From contig NC_057758.1 in assembly GCF_004010195.1 (NCBI RefSeq), positions 2,792,644 to 2,812,643 on the forward strand: 20,000 bases of DNA, written 5' to 3'. Every line of letters begins with the position of its first letter. Position 1 is the stretch's first letter. Positions 1 through 10,792 of the stretch are shown here, one piece after another. Made by a program: the position numbers and the translations under genes. Below the pieces are notes generated by a model, which made no database searches, was not told the DNA's origin, and worked only from the letters and a program-made list of their open reading frames with translations. This stretch comes from Chiloscyllium plagiosum. Taxonomy: Eukaryota.

Positions 1-115
1 TAGAAATGAAGTATGTTTAATTTTACCAGGCAGAAGAATGTTTTCTGATGGAGAAAGACGTGAAACTAAAATATTGCACAGAACCATTTCTTGCCTGAAT
101 TCATTTCATAGGTTT

Positions 116-1005
116 TTACCTGACGTATCTCCGAATTAATAACCATGGAGATTTTGCCATATTTTTCAACTCTTCTCTGAATTTGCTCTGTGTTGCTGCA
201 TAAATGCAAGGATTTAGAAAGTAACTAAAAAACGATAAGATATTACCAACTTCAATCGCGATAAATTTAGGGTTTGTGAACTTACCTCGGTAATAAACAG
301 TGTTTGTTATTTTGGTAACACCTAAACTCACCGCATTTGTCAACCAGAGCAAGAGAAAACTTACTGATATTGAGAATAACAAAGTGATGGACTTCCTGCG
401 GTTCTCCATTTCTGAGTCACATTTGGTGCTCCGGAGTTCAGTGCGGGTTCTATTTGCCAGGACAATTCGTTGGACAGTTAATGAATTACACAAGACGATC
501 AGTGTGAAAGGAATCCAAATGACACAGGCGCTGTAAAACCAGACATAACCTGTACCTGCAGAAGAAGAAAAGAATGCTGCCTGTGACCGGCAGCCCCACT
601 GCACATTGTTAATAATTTTCTCAGATTCATAAGCAAACAAAACTGGTACTTCCTTCAATACGATCACAACCGTGATAGTTATTACCAGAGTGACTGCAGT
701 TCTTTTAGTGCAATATTTTGTTTGAAACTTCTGGCAACAAATCACGACAAATCGGTCAAAGGTGAAAGAAACAATGCACCAAACAGATAAATCGGGAGTG
801 ACAGCAGACATGTATATAATAACTCTGCAAACAGGAGTATGGGACAGGAATGATAAAGGAAAGTGGTAACTGAAGATGTGATAGACTATTATATTGTTCA
901 TCAGGAAGAGTAGATCTGTTGTTGCCATGGCCAACATGTAAACAGTGATACATTTGGAAAGGCCGCATTTTCTTTGTGAAATAATCCAAATTGTGGCCAA
1001 GTTCG
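116..1005 (-). CDS. GPR139/GPR142-like class A orphan GPCR, coding exon 2 (TM1 C-terminal half to stop)
   Basis: Long open frame with hydrophobic TM segments: MATTDLL (TM2), C..., FTFDRFVVICC (DRY-like, TM3), ECL2 WGC, EMENRRKSITLLF (ICL3/TM6), LNPCIYAATQSKFREEL (NPxxY + helix 8). TAA stop at 116-118. Acceptor on - strand: polypyrimidine tttttttattctatctcatAG|CGAACTTG (AG at 1007-1006). Confidence 0.93.
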
Positions 1006-1110
1006 CTATGAGATAGAATAAAAAAAACTCATCAGTGCCTGATTCAAATTAAGTATGATAACGTCGGTCAATTACATGTGATTAAAACATTCAAAACTCA
1101 TTTAGTCATG

Positions 1111-1407
1111 ATTAGAGTTACTTACAGTGTAGAAACAGGCCATTCGGCCCAATAAGTCCACACTGACCCTCTGAAGCACAACCCACCCAAGCCCGTTCCC
1201 CTACACCTAACACTACGGGCAATTTAGCATGGCCAATTCACCTAACCTGCACATTTTTGGACTGTGGGAGGAAACCAGAGCACCCGGAGGAAACCCACGC
1301 AGACACGGGGAGAATGTACAAACTCCATACACTCTGAGGTGGGAATTGAACCCGGGTCTCTGGCGCTATAAGGCAACAGTGCTAACCACTGTGCCACCGT
1401 GCCACCC
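1111..1407 (-). mobile_element. HE1-like tRNA-derived SINE in the GPCR intron
   Basis: The - strand reads GGGTGGCACGGTGGCACAGTGGTTAG (A box) ... GGGTTCAATTCC (B box), then a central GTGGGTTTCCTCCGGGTGCTC and a LINE-like tail GGGCCGAATGGCCTGTTTCTACACTGTAAG. Possible 6-bp TSD GTCATG at 1105-1110 and 1410-1415. Confidence 0.9.
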
Positions 1408-1799
1408 GTGTCATGTAGCGCTGACATCAGTTTGTAAGGGGGTACAAGACATTCGAAAAATAGGCAAGACCATTAAGAAGCATTATTATCACACCCGCAA
1501 GATGAAGCAAAAGCAGAGATTAAAATGCGAGGTTGATCATAAAATTCTCCAAATTAGTTATTATGAAAATGGCAGCAAAGAAAGTGGTCTCTTGACTCAA
1601 GTATGCAAATAAACAAGAAAGATGACAGGGATCAACACAGAGAGATTACCTATGAATCAACAGGCCCGCCTGTGGGGCAACCGTTGTGCCCATTAGCCCG
1701 GATTGAGAAAATTGGATTAAGTCCTGCTTGCTTCAGAAGTTTCCAAAACATCTTTGAGCAAGTTGATTTCAAAAAATTGGTTTAAAAATGTCAACTTAC

Positions 1800-1869
1800 C
1801 AGGAACAGCTACACATGCAAGTAACGGGTAACAAATCTCTTTCACCAGTAGAATTGCAGCTTTCATCAT
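1800..1869 (-). CDS. GPR139/GPR142-like GPCR, coding exon 1 (MMKAAILLVKEICYPLLACVAVP)
   Basis: ATG at 1869-1867. The exon is 70 nt and ends CCT G|GTAAGT, a perfect donor. The phase-1 join gives ...VAVP-A-N-L-ATIW, restoring the TM1 Asn and a 960-nt, 319-aa CDS. Confidence 0.88.
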
Positions 1870-1998
1870 TTTGTACAACAGTGAATATTTCTGAAGAAGC
1901 TGAAATACTATGATCAGTTGCAGCCGTGGCGCTGGAAGGGAATCTGTATTTATGCATGCATCAATCCTTCGGGGAGTCAACCAGTTACATTAATCACA

Positions 1999-2007
1999 GT
2001 TATATAA
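1999..2007 (-). promoter_or_regulatory. Candidate TATA box of the GPCR gene
   Basis: TATATAA on the - strand about 130 nt upstream of the exon-1 ATG. Support is positional only. Confidence 0.3.
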
Positions 2008-2689
2008 CAAAGACAGAGAATGTTCTTTGGCTGAAATAGTTAAATTAAAGAAACGCGCATTACAAATGAAGTCAATTCTTTGTAAGGCCTGCCGGCACTA
2101 AAGTTGAGGTTAGCTCACAAGAGCATATTCTCACGAGAATCACTTTGGTGTTCATTGAATTCTTTCACATAAACATGCTACTGAGGGACGTTTCAGTTGC
2201 TGTATTCATTGCTCAAGGATATTTTTCCCACCACTAACATCAACAAGCTCATCTTTCAGGAAATTAGTTGGCTTCACCATTTGCTCCCCTCCGCAACCAG
2301 TATTGTCCCTCATAAATGTCTTTTAGTGCGCAAGATAATATTTTGTGATCGCATGCATAAAATGCAAGAATGAAATTTGCGAAGTAATCCCATATGTCTA
2401 AATGTTGCTATGACATTTAATTCTTCCACGAATGGAATATTATTTTTTTAAAAAAAGACCGGGGTTGGCTGTGTTTGCTCACCAGTCTTATTTGTCCAGC
2501 AGCTTTTTCGCAGCCATTCTTCCAGTGTTGCTCTGTTTGCTTTTCTTCTGCATGTTCCCGAATAGCTCATCTCCATAATATGCATGAATACAGTCGCATT
2601 CTGCAAAAGATATCATTCAAATTGCATGTTTTCACCTTTATGCTATTTTATGTGCTATGGTCCAGTTCATACGCTTGTATAAAATTGTA

Positions 2690-3262
2690 TACAGTTGTAT
2701 ACGATTTTGATTCGGCCCAATTTGGAATACTGCGTCCACTTCTGGTCAACACATTAACAAAAGGATGTGGATGTTTTGGAGAGGGTGCAGATAAATTTTA
2801 TTAGAATGTTCCCTGGTATGGAGGACACTAGTTACCAAGAAAGGTTGAGCACATTCGGATTACTTTCATGAGGAAGATCGAGGTTGAGGGGGTCTTGTTT
2901 GATATTAACAAATCATGAGAGGTATGGGTAGGGTGGATAACAAGAAGGTTTTTTGCAGAGTGCGGAACTCTAATCCTGGAGGTCAAGAATTCAAAGTGAG
3001 AGGGGAAATTTTAGGGGAATCTGCGTGCAAAACTCTTTACACAGAGCGTGCTGGGTGCCTGAATGCGTTGCCAGTGATGGTAGGAGAGGTGGACACGATA
3101 GCGTCGTTTAAGATGTACTTGGACAGATACGTGAATGGACAGCGAGCAAAAGATACAGACACTTCGAAACAAGGTGGCAGGTTTATGTAAAGGATCTAGA
3201 TTGGAGCAGGCTTGGAGGGCCGAAGGGTCTGTTCTGGTGCTGTAATTTTCTTTGTTCTTTGA
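2690..3262 (+). mobile_element. CR1-type LINE 3' fragment, degraded
   Basis: Relic RT C-terminus (IRPNLEYCVHFWS, KDVDVLERVQ, MRGMGRVD) followed by the 3' UTR GGGCCGAAGGGTCTGTT and a TTCTTTG-type tail. Confidence 0.85.
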
Positions 3263-3280
3263 ACTTTTTCTATGCATGTA

Positions 3281-3665
3281 TGTTGTGGATTTTCCGGGAG
3301 TGATGCAGTTAGCCCAACCATTGCATTTTCAACAAATGAGAATTTATTTGCAAGATTACCGATTAATACAAAGAAAAGAGAACATAATGTATAATATCTT
3401 TATTGAACCGAAAGCTCAACAGTTTTCCCAACTTAACGATGCTGTTCCAAATACCTGCAAAAATTGCCTTAAATATATCTTTGCTAAAAAAAAAGGGAAA
3501 ATGCAATATTGGTTTTTACAGGTGAAATATCAGACAGAGGGAGGATACACTTTCACTTTTCTTTTTAACTTGAATGCGTTTTGCTTGAGGTAGTATCTGT
3601 TAGCTAGAATTAAATTGGCACAAAAACCCTTTCAACCGAGACACCCTGGAACCCATGTCTTTACA
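3281..3665. repeat. Interspersed LTR-like repeat (related copy at about 8497-8790)
   Basis: Shares motifs GGAGTGATGCAG and CAACT.AA.GA.GCTGTTCCAA with 8497-8660. Starts TG and ends CA, but no clear TSD. Confidence 0.45.
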
Positions 3666-3864
3666 ATCGTTCTAAATATAAAAAAACAAATGGTCCAATA
3701 ACCTTGATTAAGGAGAAGCAGCATCCCAAATGGATCCTGATGTACTTGTTCACCTGCATGACAATTTCTTCGAGCAAGAATTCTCTCCCTGTCCCATTGA
3801 CTCCTTCACACGCTTTCAAAACTTCACCTTCACCTGGACTCTGAACTTTCACCTGAACTCGACA

Positions 3865-4162
3865 TCTTCATTAGAAACTATTGGCCTCACATTGGTCGCC
3901 TCATTTTCTCAATTCCTCAGACTATCTCCCTATTAACTGATTCAATTCCGTGCTCTCTCAGATCCAACCCGAATTGTTTTACTAATCCTGTCACCAAGTG
4001 TGGTGCTGTTGTTTCTTCATTAGAAACTATTGGCCTCACATTGGTCGCCTCATTTTCTCAATTCCTAAGACTATCTCCCTATTAACTGATTCAATTCCGT
4101 GCTCTCTCAGATTCAACCCGAATTGTTTTACTAATCCTGTCACCAAGTGTGGTGCTGTTGTT
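3865..4162 (+). repeat. Tandem duplication, 2 x 149 bp
   Basis: 3865-4013 and 4014-4162 are identical except for 2 substitutions (cctCag/cctAag, gatCca/gatTca). Confidence 0.97.
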
Positions 4163-4483
4163 ATGTGCTCTACTCAAGTCTACATTACAATTGTTGAGGG
4201 CTAGCTTCGAAAACCTCCAGCTACCTCTACTCGGACCATCATTCCGCCATGGCGAACACAACTGTCACGACCGCTGTTTCATCCTGTGATCTTCCGTTGA
4301 CTGCTTCCACGCTCATAGTCTCCCAGCCACACGCAGCCCAATTCTACCTCCTTCCAAAAATTCAGAAAGAGGACTTCCTTGGCATCTTTGTGGTCTCTGC
4401 CCGTTTTTGCCTCTGTTCCAACCCCGATTCGATGTTTTTCTCCTCTTCTTCTGTCCATTCGCATCTGCATCCGCCATTCCCTT

Positions 4484-4947
4484 GACGGCACGTGGCACAG
4501 TGGTTAACACTGCTGTCTCACAGCGCCAGAGACCCGGGTTCAATTCCCGCCTCAGGCGACTCTCTGTGTTTGCACATTCTCCGCGTGTCTGCGTGGGTTT
4601 TCTCCGGGTGCTCCAGTTTCCTCCCACAATCCCAAAATGTGCAGGTTAGGTGAATTGATCATGCTAAATTGTCCGTAGTCACAGCGCCAGAGACCCGGGT
4701 TCAATTCCCGCCTCAGGCGACTCTCTGTGTTTGCACATTCTCCGCGTGTCTGCGTGGGTTTCCTCCCGGTGCTCCGGTTTCCTCCCACAATCCAAAAATG
4801 TGCAGGTTAGGTGAATTGATCATGCTAAATTGTCCGTAGCGTTAGGTGAAGGGGTAAATGTAGGAGTATGGGTCTGGGTGGTAGGTGGGTCGGTGTGGAC
4901 TTGCTGGCCCGAAGGGCCTGTTTCCACTTTGTAAGTAATCTAATCTA
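4484..4947 (+). mobile_element. HE1-like SINE with internal 161-bp tandem duplication, inserted in the Penelope RT
   Basis: A box TGGCACAGTGG, B box GGGTTCAATTCC present twice, tail GGCCCGAAGGGCCTGTTTCCACTTTGTAAGTAATCTAATCTA. 4518-4678 is repeated at 4679-4839 with 4 mismatches. Confidence 0.92.
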
Positions 4948-5867
4948 TATTCAAGTTTCTGAATTTCCAGTTGGCAGGCTGCACTCAGATTTTTTTTCCC
5001 TTGGGACATTCAATTCCTTGACACCTCCACCCCATCAGGGTGGTCGCAGGGCTCCATGATACTGCTTGAAAAAAAGAAGGCCCCATCTACCATGAACGTC
5101 TTCTGCCTGGCCTAGCTTGTGATCACCCTGAACATCTGCAGTTTTAAATCCTCTCACCTACTCCACGTTCCTGCATGGGCCACAGTGAAACCTGTCTCTT
5201 TGTGGGCTGTGTGAAACTTTTCTTGTTTCAGTCTGACCACAGGCCCCACCCACAGCTCTTTCTAGGGGATGTCCATGATTTTATCCATGCTGCTTCACTG
5301 TCTCGATCGGAATTTTAAACGTTTATCTATTTCACTTCCAATTTCCACCCTGATCTCATCTTCACCTGGTCCACCTCTGACATGGTCCCTTCCCTTCCTC
5401 AAAAAATCTATTTGGATTTCTGGTGATATATTGCCCACCAATAACCACTATAAGCCCACTGACAATCACATTTAGATTGACTATATATTCCGCACCCTGC
5501 TTTCTCTGAAGACTCTATTCCATTGCCCCAGTTTATCCGTCTTCATCACATCTTTTCTCAAATTGTCAAGGTTGGTGGGAGGACCTTCGAAATGTGCACC
5601 TTTATAATCAACTCAGGATTCCACAGCAGTCTTGCTACAGGGCCCCCAGCTGGATTCGATCTGTCTCTCACACGTCAGTCCTTCCTCTCTTCCCCCTTAC
5701 AGCATCAATAGAGTTCACCTTATCCTCACCCACCAGCATCAACATCATGAAAAATATTAGCCGCTATTTCCGCCATTTCAGCAGGTTGCCAAAACTAGAC
5801 ACATGTTCTCCTCCGTTCTGTCAGCATTCTGCAAGGACCATTCCAGCCGAGGAACCCTTGTCTATTC

Positions 5868-6433
5868 TGTGACGATGCTGTCCGTTTAACAACGTTATTA
5901 TATCCTTGGATTTTTAAAGAGAGGTCGTAAATGCAGAGGTGTCGCGCAGTCTGGTAAAAGCTTAGTTTACCAAAGGCATGGGAGTGCCTGTGTCTTCCAT
6001 TCAGGTTTTTTTCCGGTTTGGTTTAGCTGTGGCAGTCACAAGATGTTTGAATCGAGGATAGGGCAGTAGACTTCATCGTATGGTTCCTGACTGAGATTCT
6101 CTGAAATCTCTTTGGATATTGTTCCCTGCTGCCTGCAAGAATCTGTGTTTGAATTTACCCTTTGTGTAAGGGGTATGTTTATGGAATGATACCGAATTAG
6201 TACATTTCCTTATTTACGGTACTGAACCGGTACCAATAATTTTCCAACAGTGACGTTTTTCTCTTTTCCATTATCTTTGGTTCGTCTTTCGACTGCAGTG
6301 TTAAAATGAATTCTGTTTTGTTTTAAGCCGAGTGTTTTGACCAGCTGCACCATACCTGGAATACCCATTTCATATCTGCTTTGGAAATCAGAAAGTTAGC
6401 GTGTAAGCAACACGGCGCCACAGTCTCATGGCA
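5868..6433 (+). mobile_element. Probable solo LTR inserted in the Penelope element
   Basis: A non-coding 566-bp block, TGTGAC...CATGGCA, splits the Penelope frame between the RT/linker and the GIY-YIG. Flanks TATTC (5863-5867) and CATTC (6434-6438) resemble a 5-bp TSD with one mismatch. Confidence 0.6.
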
Positions 6434-6883
6434 CATTCTGTAGATTTGGAGATTCTATAAATCTTGCCTGTTTACTCCCTCACTCTTCACACTCCAAGGT
6501 ATCATTCAGGGTTTTATCTGCACTTCACTGTATCTAGTCTACTCTATTCACTGATTGCAATGCCGTGCCCTCCACCCAGGGGGAACTTAAACACAGGTCA
6601 TGTGACCACTTCGTTGCCCCACTACATTCTGTCCACAGAGACCACCCTGTGGCTTTTCAATTCAACACACCACCGTATTCTCTGGCAAACATCTCCATCT
6701 GAGGCTTGCGGCAGTGAAGCTCAGCACAAGTTACAAAATCAGCACCTCATTTTCCACTTGCGAACCCTGCAGCTGAATATGGAGCTCATCAATTTTAGCG
6801 CTCTAGCACCTTCCCCTATGCTTTTGCTCAAACCCACACACCAAGTCTAGTCATTACATGAACCAATACCACACACTGCCCAT

Positions 6884-7388
6884 TAGAACATAGAACATAG
6901 AAGAATACAGCGCAGTACAGGCCCTTCGGCCCTCGATGTTGCGCCTATCCAAGCCCACCTAATCTACACTAGCCCACTATCCTCCATATGCCTATCCAAT
7001 GCCCGCTGAAATGCCCATAATGAGGGAGAGACTGCTACTGGCAGGGCATTCCATGAACTCACGACTCGCTGAGTAAAGAACCTACCCCTAACATCTGTCC
7101 TATACCTACCACCCCTTAATTTAAAGCTATGCCCCCTCATAATAGCTGACTCCATACGTGGAAAAAGATTCTCACTGTCAACCTATCTAAACCCCTAATC
7201 ATCTTGTACACCTCTATCAAGTCACCCCTAAACCTTCTTTACACCATTGAAAACAACCCCAAGTGCCTCAGCCCTGCCTCATACGATCTCTCTACCATAC
7301 CAGGCAACATCCTGGTAAACCACCTCTGCACCCGTTCCAGTGCCTCCACATCCTTCCTATAGTATGGCAACCAAAACTGCACACAATA
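6884..7388 (-). mobile_element. CR1-type LINE 3' end, young
   Basis: (TAGAACA)n tail on +, GTACAGGCCCTTCGGCCC 3' UTR, and ORF2 end RGHSFKLRGGRYRTDVRGRFFTQRVVSSWNALP. Confidence 0.92.
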
Positions 7389-8083
7389 NNNNNNNNNNNN
7401 NNNNNNNNNNNNNNNNNNNNNNNNNNNNNNNNNNNNNNNNNNNNNNNNNNNNNNNNNNNNNNNNNNNNNNNNNNNNNNNNNNNNNNNNNNNNNNNNNNNN
7501 NNNNNNNNNNNNNNNNNNNNNNNNNNNNNNNNNNNNNNNNNNNNNNNNNNNNNNNNNNNNNNNNNNNNNNNNNNNNNNNNNNNNNNNNNNNNNNNNNNNN
7601 NNNNNNNNNNNNNNNNNNNNNNNNNNNNNNNNNNNNNNNNNNNNNNNNNNNNNNNNNNNNNNNNNNNNNNNNNNNNNNNNNNNNNNNNNNNNNNNNNNNN
7701 NNNNNNNNNNNNNNNNNNNNNNNNNNNNNNNNNNNNNNNNNNNNNNNNNNNNNNNNNNNNNNNNNNNNNNNNNNNNNNNNNNNNNNNNNNNNNNNNNNNN
7801 NNNNNNNNNNNNNNNNNNNNNNNNNNNNNNNNNNNNNNNNNNNNNNNNNNNNNNNNNNNNNNNNNNNNNNNNNNNNNNNNNNNNNNNNNNNNNNNNNNNN
7901 NNNNNNNNNNNNNNNNNNNNNNNNNNNNNNNNNNNNNNNNNNNNNNNNNNNNNNNNNNNNNNNNNNNNNNNNNNNNNNNNNNNNNNNNNNNNNNNNNNNN
8001 NNNNNNNNNNNNNNNNNNNNNNNNNNNNNNNNNNNNNNNNNNNNNNNNNNNNNNNNNNNNNNNNNNNNNNNNNNNNNNNNNNN
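7389..8083. other. Assembly gap (695 N)
   Basis: Run of N. Confidence 1.
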
Positions 8084-8322
8084 CTCCATATGTGGAAAAA
8101 GGTTCTCATGGTCAACCCTATCTAAACCCCTAATCATCTTGTACACCTCTATCAAGTCACCCTAAACCTTCTTTTCTCCAATGAAAACAGCCCCAAGTGC
8201 CTCAGCCTTTCCTCATACGATCTTCCTACCATACCAGGCAACATCCTGGTAAACATCCTTTGCACCCGTTCCAGTGCCTCCACATCCTTCCTATAGTATG
8301 GCGACCAAAACTGCACACAATA
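8084..8322 (-). mobile_element. CR1-type LINE fragment, near-duplicate of 7150-7388
   Basis: Encodes MIEVYKMIRGLDRVDHENLFP. About 18 differences over 239 nt relative to 7150-7388 by manual count. Confidence 0.9.
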
Positions 8323-8496
8323 GGATGTCTGGTCTGGCCCATAACCCCATTAATAGCTATTTATTCCCTCAAGCTAAACTGTAATCGGACAGCGGTTTGT
8401 CTCTCATTGTCTATATTATGGACAAGGCCAAACCACCTCAAAACATTTCAAAATGTACCTGGGGCCTAACTTGTTTTAGTTACTATAATCAGTTGT

Positions 8497-8790
8497 AAAT
8501 GGGATGTTCCAGGAGTGATGCAGCTGGCTCAGCCACACAGGTGTAATCAAAACATTTACAGACTACTGAATGAAACACGACCCGAATTTAGAATAACTTG
8601 ACCTATCTGAAAACCCAATCGGGCCTATTGCAACTGAATGACGCTGTTCCAAGTAATTATAACATCCTCATAAACACTCCTAGGCATATAAAAGGTAACA
8701 CAGATTATTATAGGAGAAATGTCAGAGAGAGAGAGAGAAAGAGAGAGAGAGACTCTCTGCCTCTGATCAACCATGTTTTCATTCATTAAT
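8497..8790. repeat. Interspersed LTR-like repeat fragment related to 3281-3665, containing a (GA)n tract
   Basis: Shared motifs GGAGTGATGCAG and GCTGTTCCAA; (GA)n at about 8724-8752. Confidence 0.45.
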
Positions 8791-8930
8791 TCAAATTGTG
8801 TCCCATTGCAGGCAGGTTATCACTCTCACACACACGCATGCACACGAACAGAGACGCAGACACATACAGGGACACACACGCATACACAGACAGAGAAAAC
8901 ATAGTAGTATGAACGTATATAACATCAAAT

Positions 8931-10510
8931 ATACAATGAACAAAGAATATTCACAGTCCAGGAACAGGGCTTTCAGCCCTCCAAGCCCGAGCTGATCCAA
9001 ATCTACTGTCTAAACGTGTCGCTTAGTCCTTAAGCATATGTATCCCTCGGCTCCCCATCTAGTCATGCATCTGTCCAGGGACATCTTGAATGAATCTAAT
9101 TTGTCTGCTTCTACTACCTCTGTTGGCAACCCGTTCCAGGCACCTATCAAACTCGGTGTAAAGTACTTGCCGCGTGAATTCCCCATAAGCATTTCACCTC
9201 TCACCTTGAAAGCTTGACCTCTCGTTATTGAATCCTTCACTCTGTGAAAAAGCTTTTCTCTATCTACCCTATCTGTACCCTTGGTGATTTTGTAGACGGC
9301 AATCAGGTCCCTGCTCATTTTCCTTTTTTTGTAATGAAAACAAACCTAACCTAACCTCTCTTCATACCTCCCTTCCATACCAGGCAACATCCTCGTAAAT
9401 CTTCTCTACACCCTCTCCATAGCGTCCACCTCCTTTTGGTAAAGTGACGACAAGAACTGTACAAAGTATTCTAAATGCGGCCGAAACAACGCGTACAATT
9501 TTAACATGACCTGCCAGCTCTTATACTCAATAGTCCGTCCAATAAAGGCAAGCATACCATCTGCCTTCTTGACCACTCTATCCATCTCTGCAGCAATCTT
9601 CATTGTACAATGGACCTGAAATCCTAGACATCTCTGCTCATCAACTTTTCCCAAGGCTCTTCCGTTTAATGTATAATTCACTCTAAAATTAGACATCCCA
9701 AAATGTGTCAACTCACATTTGCCTGGATTGAACTCCAACTGCCTCTTCTCCGTCAACTCTTCAAGCTATCTATATTCTCCTGTATTCTTTGACAGTCCAC
9801 TATGCTTCCTGCTATTCCACCAATCTTCGTATCATCTGCAAACTTACTGATCAGACCAACAATGCCCTCTTCTGGATCATTTCTGCATATTACAAACAGC
9901 AGATGTCAAAGCACTGATCCCTGTGGCACAGCACTGGTCACCTTTCTTCATTTCAAGAAACTCTGTTCAACTACTACTCTCTGTCTCCTGTTGCTCAACC
10001 AGTTCTTTATCCACCAATTAGAACACGCTGCACACCATGTGACTTCACTTTCTCCATTAGTTTGCCATGGGAAACCTTCTCAATCGCCTTACAAAACTTC
10101 ATGTGTATGACAACTGCAGACATTCCTTCATCTATCAACTTGGTCACTTCCTCAAAGAACTCTATTAAGTTGGTAAGGCACGATCACTCCCCCTCACACG
10201 GTCCACACATAAATCCGTGCTGCCTATCACTCATAAACCCATTCTCCTCTAAATATAAATAGATTTTTTCCCTCAGTACCTTCCCCAGCAGCTTTCCCAG
10301 CACTGCCCTCAGGCTCACTGGTCTGTAGTGAACCAAAACATCCCTACTATCTTTCCTGTACAGGGGGACAACATGAGCAACCCTTCAGTCCTCCGGCACC
10401 TCACCTGTGTTTAAGGACGCTACAAAGATATTTGACAGGACCCCGTTTATTTCTTCTCTATCTTCCCTCAGCCACCTTAGATCGCTCGCATCCGGTGCTC
10501 GGGAGTTGTC
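8931..10510 (-). mobile_element. CR1-type LINE, 5'-truncated ORF2 (RT) plus 3' UTR, frameshifted
   Basis: Relic RT peptides QLEFNPGKCELTHFG, LKLYALFRPHLEYFVQF, DLIAVYKITKGTDRVDREKLF, GAWNGLP. The - strand also reads VPQGSVL (~9910-9930) and SKFADD (~9830-9850). Confidence 0.92.
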
Positions 10511-10730
10511 CACCTCAATAACCTCTAGCCTACACAAACACTCAGACACTTATAGATACACACACAGACACTCAAAATGCTACGGTATATTATCAGGGAA
10601 GAAGCCAATCTTTTTAATAAATTCAAGGTCATTTGCACTAACTGTGCATGTCTCTACTTGGTGCTCAGACAGGCAGAGAGCTTTTGATTAATCACGTTTT
10701 ATTTCACTCGTTCAGAATATGCCTCATTAT

Positions 10731-10758
10731 TCTCTCTTTCTCTCTCTCTTCCAGTCTT

Positions 10759-10792
<34 letters not shown>
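10731..10792. repeat. Compound (CT)n(CA)n microsatellite
   Basis: Seen directly in the sequence. Confidence 0.9.

Larger units (their letters stand above)
3700..6885 (+). mobile_element. Old, degraded Penelope-like element (RT + GIY-YIG endonuclease), interrupted by nested insertions
   Basis: Collinear relic motifs: NPVTKCGAVV (~KPADKGGAVV), AQFYLLPKIQK (4340s), MGHSETCLFVG, LFLGDVHD (decayed YIDD, ~5270), HYKPTDNHI, PQFIRLHHI, then CTSLYLVYSIH (GIY-YIG, ~6520) and EAQHKLQNQHLIFHLRTLQ. The 5' boundary is approximate. Confidence 0.82.

Noticed and set aside
1330..1407. tRNA-like A/B boxes (also at 4484-4550)
   Set aside because: They are SINE heads followed by SINE body and tail, not tRNA genes.
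3865..4839. CRISPR-like or prokaryotic repeat system
   Set aside because: The repeats are two-copy tandem duplications without spacers, in clearly vertebrate DNA.
7263..8165. Long ORFs (250-300 aa) in the ORF track
   Set aside because: They are artefacts of reading through the N gap; the flanks are CR1 sequence.
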